From assembly GCA_907165135.1 (NCBI GenBank), contig OU015567.1:14570001-14634000 (forward strand): a stretch of DNA of 64,000 nucleotides, given 5' to 3'. Shown in pieces: positions 60,986 through 64,000 of this stretch (its first letter is position 1; each line of letters begins with the position of its first letter). The notes below the pieces were generated by a model that was not told the origin of the DNA, ran no database searches, and saw only the letters and a program-made list of their open reading frames with translations. This DNA comes from Oikopleura dioica (Eukaryota; Animalia; Chordata). The position numbers were made by a program, and so were the translations under genes.

Positions 60986-61930
60986 AGGCTTACCGGACTA
61001 AATTTCGACCCATTTTTCTAATAAAGCTGAGGGGTCATATGATGCAGTTTTAGAAAGCCCAGAAGCTGGGCTTTCATTTGGGCACCATATCAAGGGGTCT
61101 TGGTCATGCCCGCAAGGCAATTTATTGGACCTGAAGTTCCAAAATCGGCACTAGAACTCTTCTAACTATTTTTCGAAAGCGGGCCGGCCTCGAGAGCCGT
61201 CAAGACTCATATATTTAGAAAGCTCAGGCTCTGAGCTTTCAGTAGAGCCGCAGAAATCTTAGTGCAAAGCCGTCTTTGGCCACCTAGGGGCGCTAGAAGT
61301 TCATTAGTTGAAACCGGAAGTTCTGGAAAACTCGGTTTTAGAGCCCTAAACTCTTTTATTTTGTTTATAAAACATATATTTACAATAATTGAGGCTATAA
61401 AAAGCTAGGAAACCGCAGACAGACCGGATGGTCAACCAGGTGGTTGATCGCGGTTCAACTCTAGAAATCTTCTGAAACATGACAATATGGGTATTTTTCG
61501 ACGAGAAATCAAATAAAAATTGAAATGGAAGATGAATTGCGGCCGAGCCACGCAATTGACCTCCCGGTTAAGAACTCTTAATCAGAGTTTACCCGAATTT
61601 CCGGTTTCTCACCCAGCTTCTAGCACCCCCAAGTGGCCAAAAACAACTTTGCACTAAGATTTCTGGGGCTCTTCTGAAAGCTCAGAGCCTGAGCTTTCTA
61701 AATATATGAGTCTTGACGGTTCTCGAGGCCGGCCCGCCTTCGAAAAAATAGTTAGAAGAGATCTAGTGCCTATTTTGGAACCTCATGTCCCATGAATTGC
61801 CTTACGGGCATGACCTTGACCCCTTGATACGGTGCCCAAATGAAAGCCCAGCTTCTGGGCTTTCTAAAACTGTATCATGTGACCCCTCAACTAAGCTAGA
61901 AAAATGGGCTGAATTTAGTCCGGTAAGCCT
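60986..61930. mobile_element. Non-autonomous Mutator/foldback-like element with long TIRs
   Basis: Imperfect inverted arms of ~330-350 bp starting aggcttaccggactaaatt and ending aatttagtccggtaagcct. Perfect 10-bp TSD agtcatcgtt at 60976-60985 and 61931-61940. Confidence 0.9.
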
Positions 61931-62869
61931 AGTCATCGTTCTTTCAGTGAGTCAAAAGTGAGGGCTAGTTCCGTTTTGTGGTCGAATTGCGTTTAATTTA
62001 GAAGTCAATGATCTATTCAAGCTCGTTTCGGTAATCAGTTATGAAAATTGGCGAGGCGCCCCTTCACTTCTCTTTTTCCTTTTTCCTTATTTTGCCATTT
62101 AATTACGCAACCACTTCTTAATGCGGCCAGATAAGCGTTCTAAAGCAAGAAATAAATTTCAGATATTTTACTCCATGAATATTGCGAGGGAGGCTTTTGC
62201 TGGCATAATTTGTACCTAAAATACCCCGATGAATGTTTCTGCCTCTGTCAGGGACGCGACATGACGGTGATCTTGGAAATGGCAATGATTTCTAATGCAG
62301 ACGAGGAAAAAGTCAATCCCGCGATTGCTTCCCACTCCAGTAAAGATTTCACACTTTCAGTAACAAAAATAAGAACAAGAAGCATTCTAATTGAAACTAA
62401 AGCCATTATCAAATAGCTGTCGTGTTTTGTAATAAGAGCAGCTGAGTTGAGATATCCTCCGCATAAGAAACTTCGAGCACCCGAAACTTTATCATTGTGG
62501 TTTAGTCGCTCTTTGCTTAATGATGAGAAATCATGAGAAAATTAAAATGAAAGAAGTTTAAATAAAACTTTTGCATAAAAGTCTTGATTGCCCAAAATGA
62601 ATTTTCTGAGGCTCGTCTGGCTTCCGGTTAAATTTGGATGCGCCAAAATACCAATTTGCGTTGTCCTTTGGCTTTTTCTCTCCATTGGAAAGCACCAAAA
62701 CTTCCGGAAACGTGCCACAGTATTACGCAAAAGAAGCTTCTAACTTTGTTCATCCTTGAAAACACTGTTAGCCGAATAGAATGCCAACTTGCTATCTCGA
62801 AATTGCTATTTCGAAACTCCTTATGAAACTTCCTCTAAAGATTCTCCCTTTGTAAGTTCCAAATGAACT

Positions 62870-63094
62870 CCGGGCTCGGCAGGCTATGTAGAAAACCTGA
62901 GTCAGGGTATAAAGAGCTTAAATGAAAAGCCGCGTAGCGTTTTAAACGAAGCCGCAAAGCAGCTTCGCAAAATTACCTTTTCACTCAATGTGAAAATTCT
63001 AGCGAAGCTGCTTGGCGGCTTCATTTTTACGCGGCTTTTCAATTTAGCTCTTTAGACCCTGACTCAGGTTTTCTACACAGGTTGCCGAGCCCAG
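62870..63094. mobile_element. MITE family A, near-complete copy
   Basis: gggctcggcaggctatgtagaaaacctgagtcagggt...accctgactcaggttttctacacaggttgccgagccc. Confidence 0.9.
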
Positions 63095-63501
63095 GCCATA
63101 CGAATCATATGATACGATTTCAACGAGAACTGCTTATTCAAATAGAACCCCCACCCGGTCTTGTAGAAATGTCTAAAAGCCCCACTTCCTTGACAAGTGT
63201 AGAAAACTGGCTTTAGGTTCCATATCAATAGAACCTTTTCACTCCTCGAGCTCGCTTCTATCAAATAATCGCCGCTAATTAGCATTTACTGGTAAAATTT
63301 ATGCAACTACGTGGTCGCCGGGCTAATTTTTCGGACTGTTTAGGAACCAGCGGGGCGGTTCAAGGTTAGAGGATCCATCCCCCGGATTTCCGCTCAGCCA
63401 AAAGATAACAAAAGAGCAATCCGGAAGTTCAATTTCAAAGCGTTACAAATTCGTTATTTTTTATCATTCGCGAAAGAATTTTAACGATAAACATGGAAAA
63501 A

Positions 63502-63739
63502 CTCGGCTCAACAACCAGTGTAGAAAACCTAAGTCAGGTTTTAAATTTCTAAAATGAAAAGCCGCGTAGCGGCTTTTAAACGAAGCCGCAAAGCGGCTTC
63601 GCTAATATTTTAAAATAGATAAGAGTAATCGTGCTGCGAAGCCGCTTCGCGGCTTCGTTTTGAAAAAGCCGCTACGCGGCTTTTCATTTTAGCTCTTCAA
63701 ACGCTGAATCAGGTTTTCTACACAGGTCGCCGTGCCCAG
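63502..63739. mobile_element. MITE family A, near-complete copy
   Basis: Almost wholly palindromic, with nested aaaagccgcgtagcggctttt and gaagccgcaaagcggcttc hairpins on both arms. Confidence 0.9.
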
Positions 63740-64000
63740 TGGAAAATAGCTTGATTCAAAGCTGGAAGTTTTTCATTTTCTGTTTTATCATTTATTTTTG
63801 GAGTTTGATATAATTTCCTGAAAGCAGCTCTTCGATTTTCCCATCAATCGAGCAGCAGGTGTTTGTTAATGATTTCTATTATATTGTTTTGGCTTTTGGT
63901 GACTTGCGGTGACGGTTATCAGGCGGAAGTCTGGTTCAGCTCGTTATTCTACTCTCAAAATAATCATTTCTGTGACGGGACGAGCCTTCCGGTTGCTAAT

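Noticed and set aside
1-64000. tRNA, rRNA, snRNA or SL RNA genes
   Set aside because: None were recognisable by eye; a covariance-model search (tRNAscan-SE, Infernal/Rfam) would be needed to exclude them.

Overview
Gene-dense, AT-rich eukaryotic DNA, most likely the appendicularian tunicate Oikopleura (dioica-like). This is inferred from ~45-nt introns, GA-AG introns, TTTAG/TTCAG acceptors just before start codons, a 29-nt intercistronic gap and a CDK1 paralog with an altered PSTAIRE motif. Host genes: grainyhead, iRhom, a matrin-type zinc-finger gene with an SGNH hydrolase gene nested antisense in its last intron, cohesin STAG/SA with a very long disordered tail, a divergent cyclophilin-like gene followed by DPY19L, SQOR, Pax2/5/8, a CDK1 paralog and a slicer-dead Argonaute. 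The standout is 1-8868, a PAT/DIRS-type tyrosine-recombinase retrotransposon whose 5' end lies outside the window. It has six separate, non-overlapping ORFs, and each ATG sits 0-21 nt after a host-type TTTAG splice acceptor. Two 43-nt GT-AG introns extend two of its ORFs. Its split terminal repeat contains a perfect loxP/dif-like 12-6-12 palindrome that is cut short at the element end. Together these suggest a retroelement built as a splicing-resolved operon with a site-specific recombination junction. Other mobile DNA: an intronic truncated Penelope-like insertion with two hammerhead ribozymes and a TSD, about 10 copies of a palindromic MITE, a hAT-bounded nest of repeats, a Tc1-type MITE and a Mutator-like foldback element. 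All exon structures were read by eye and no database searches were run.
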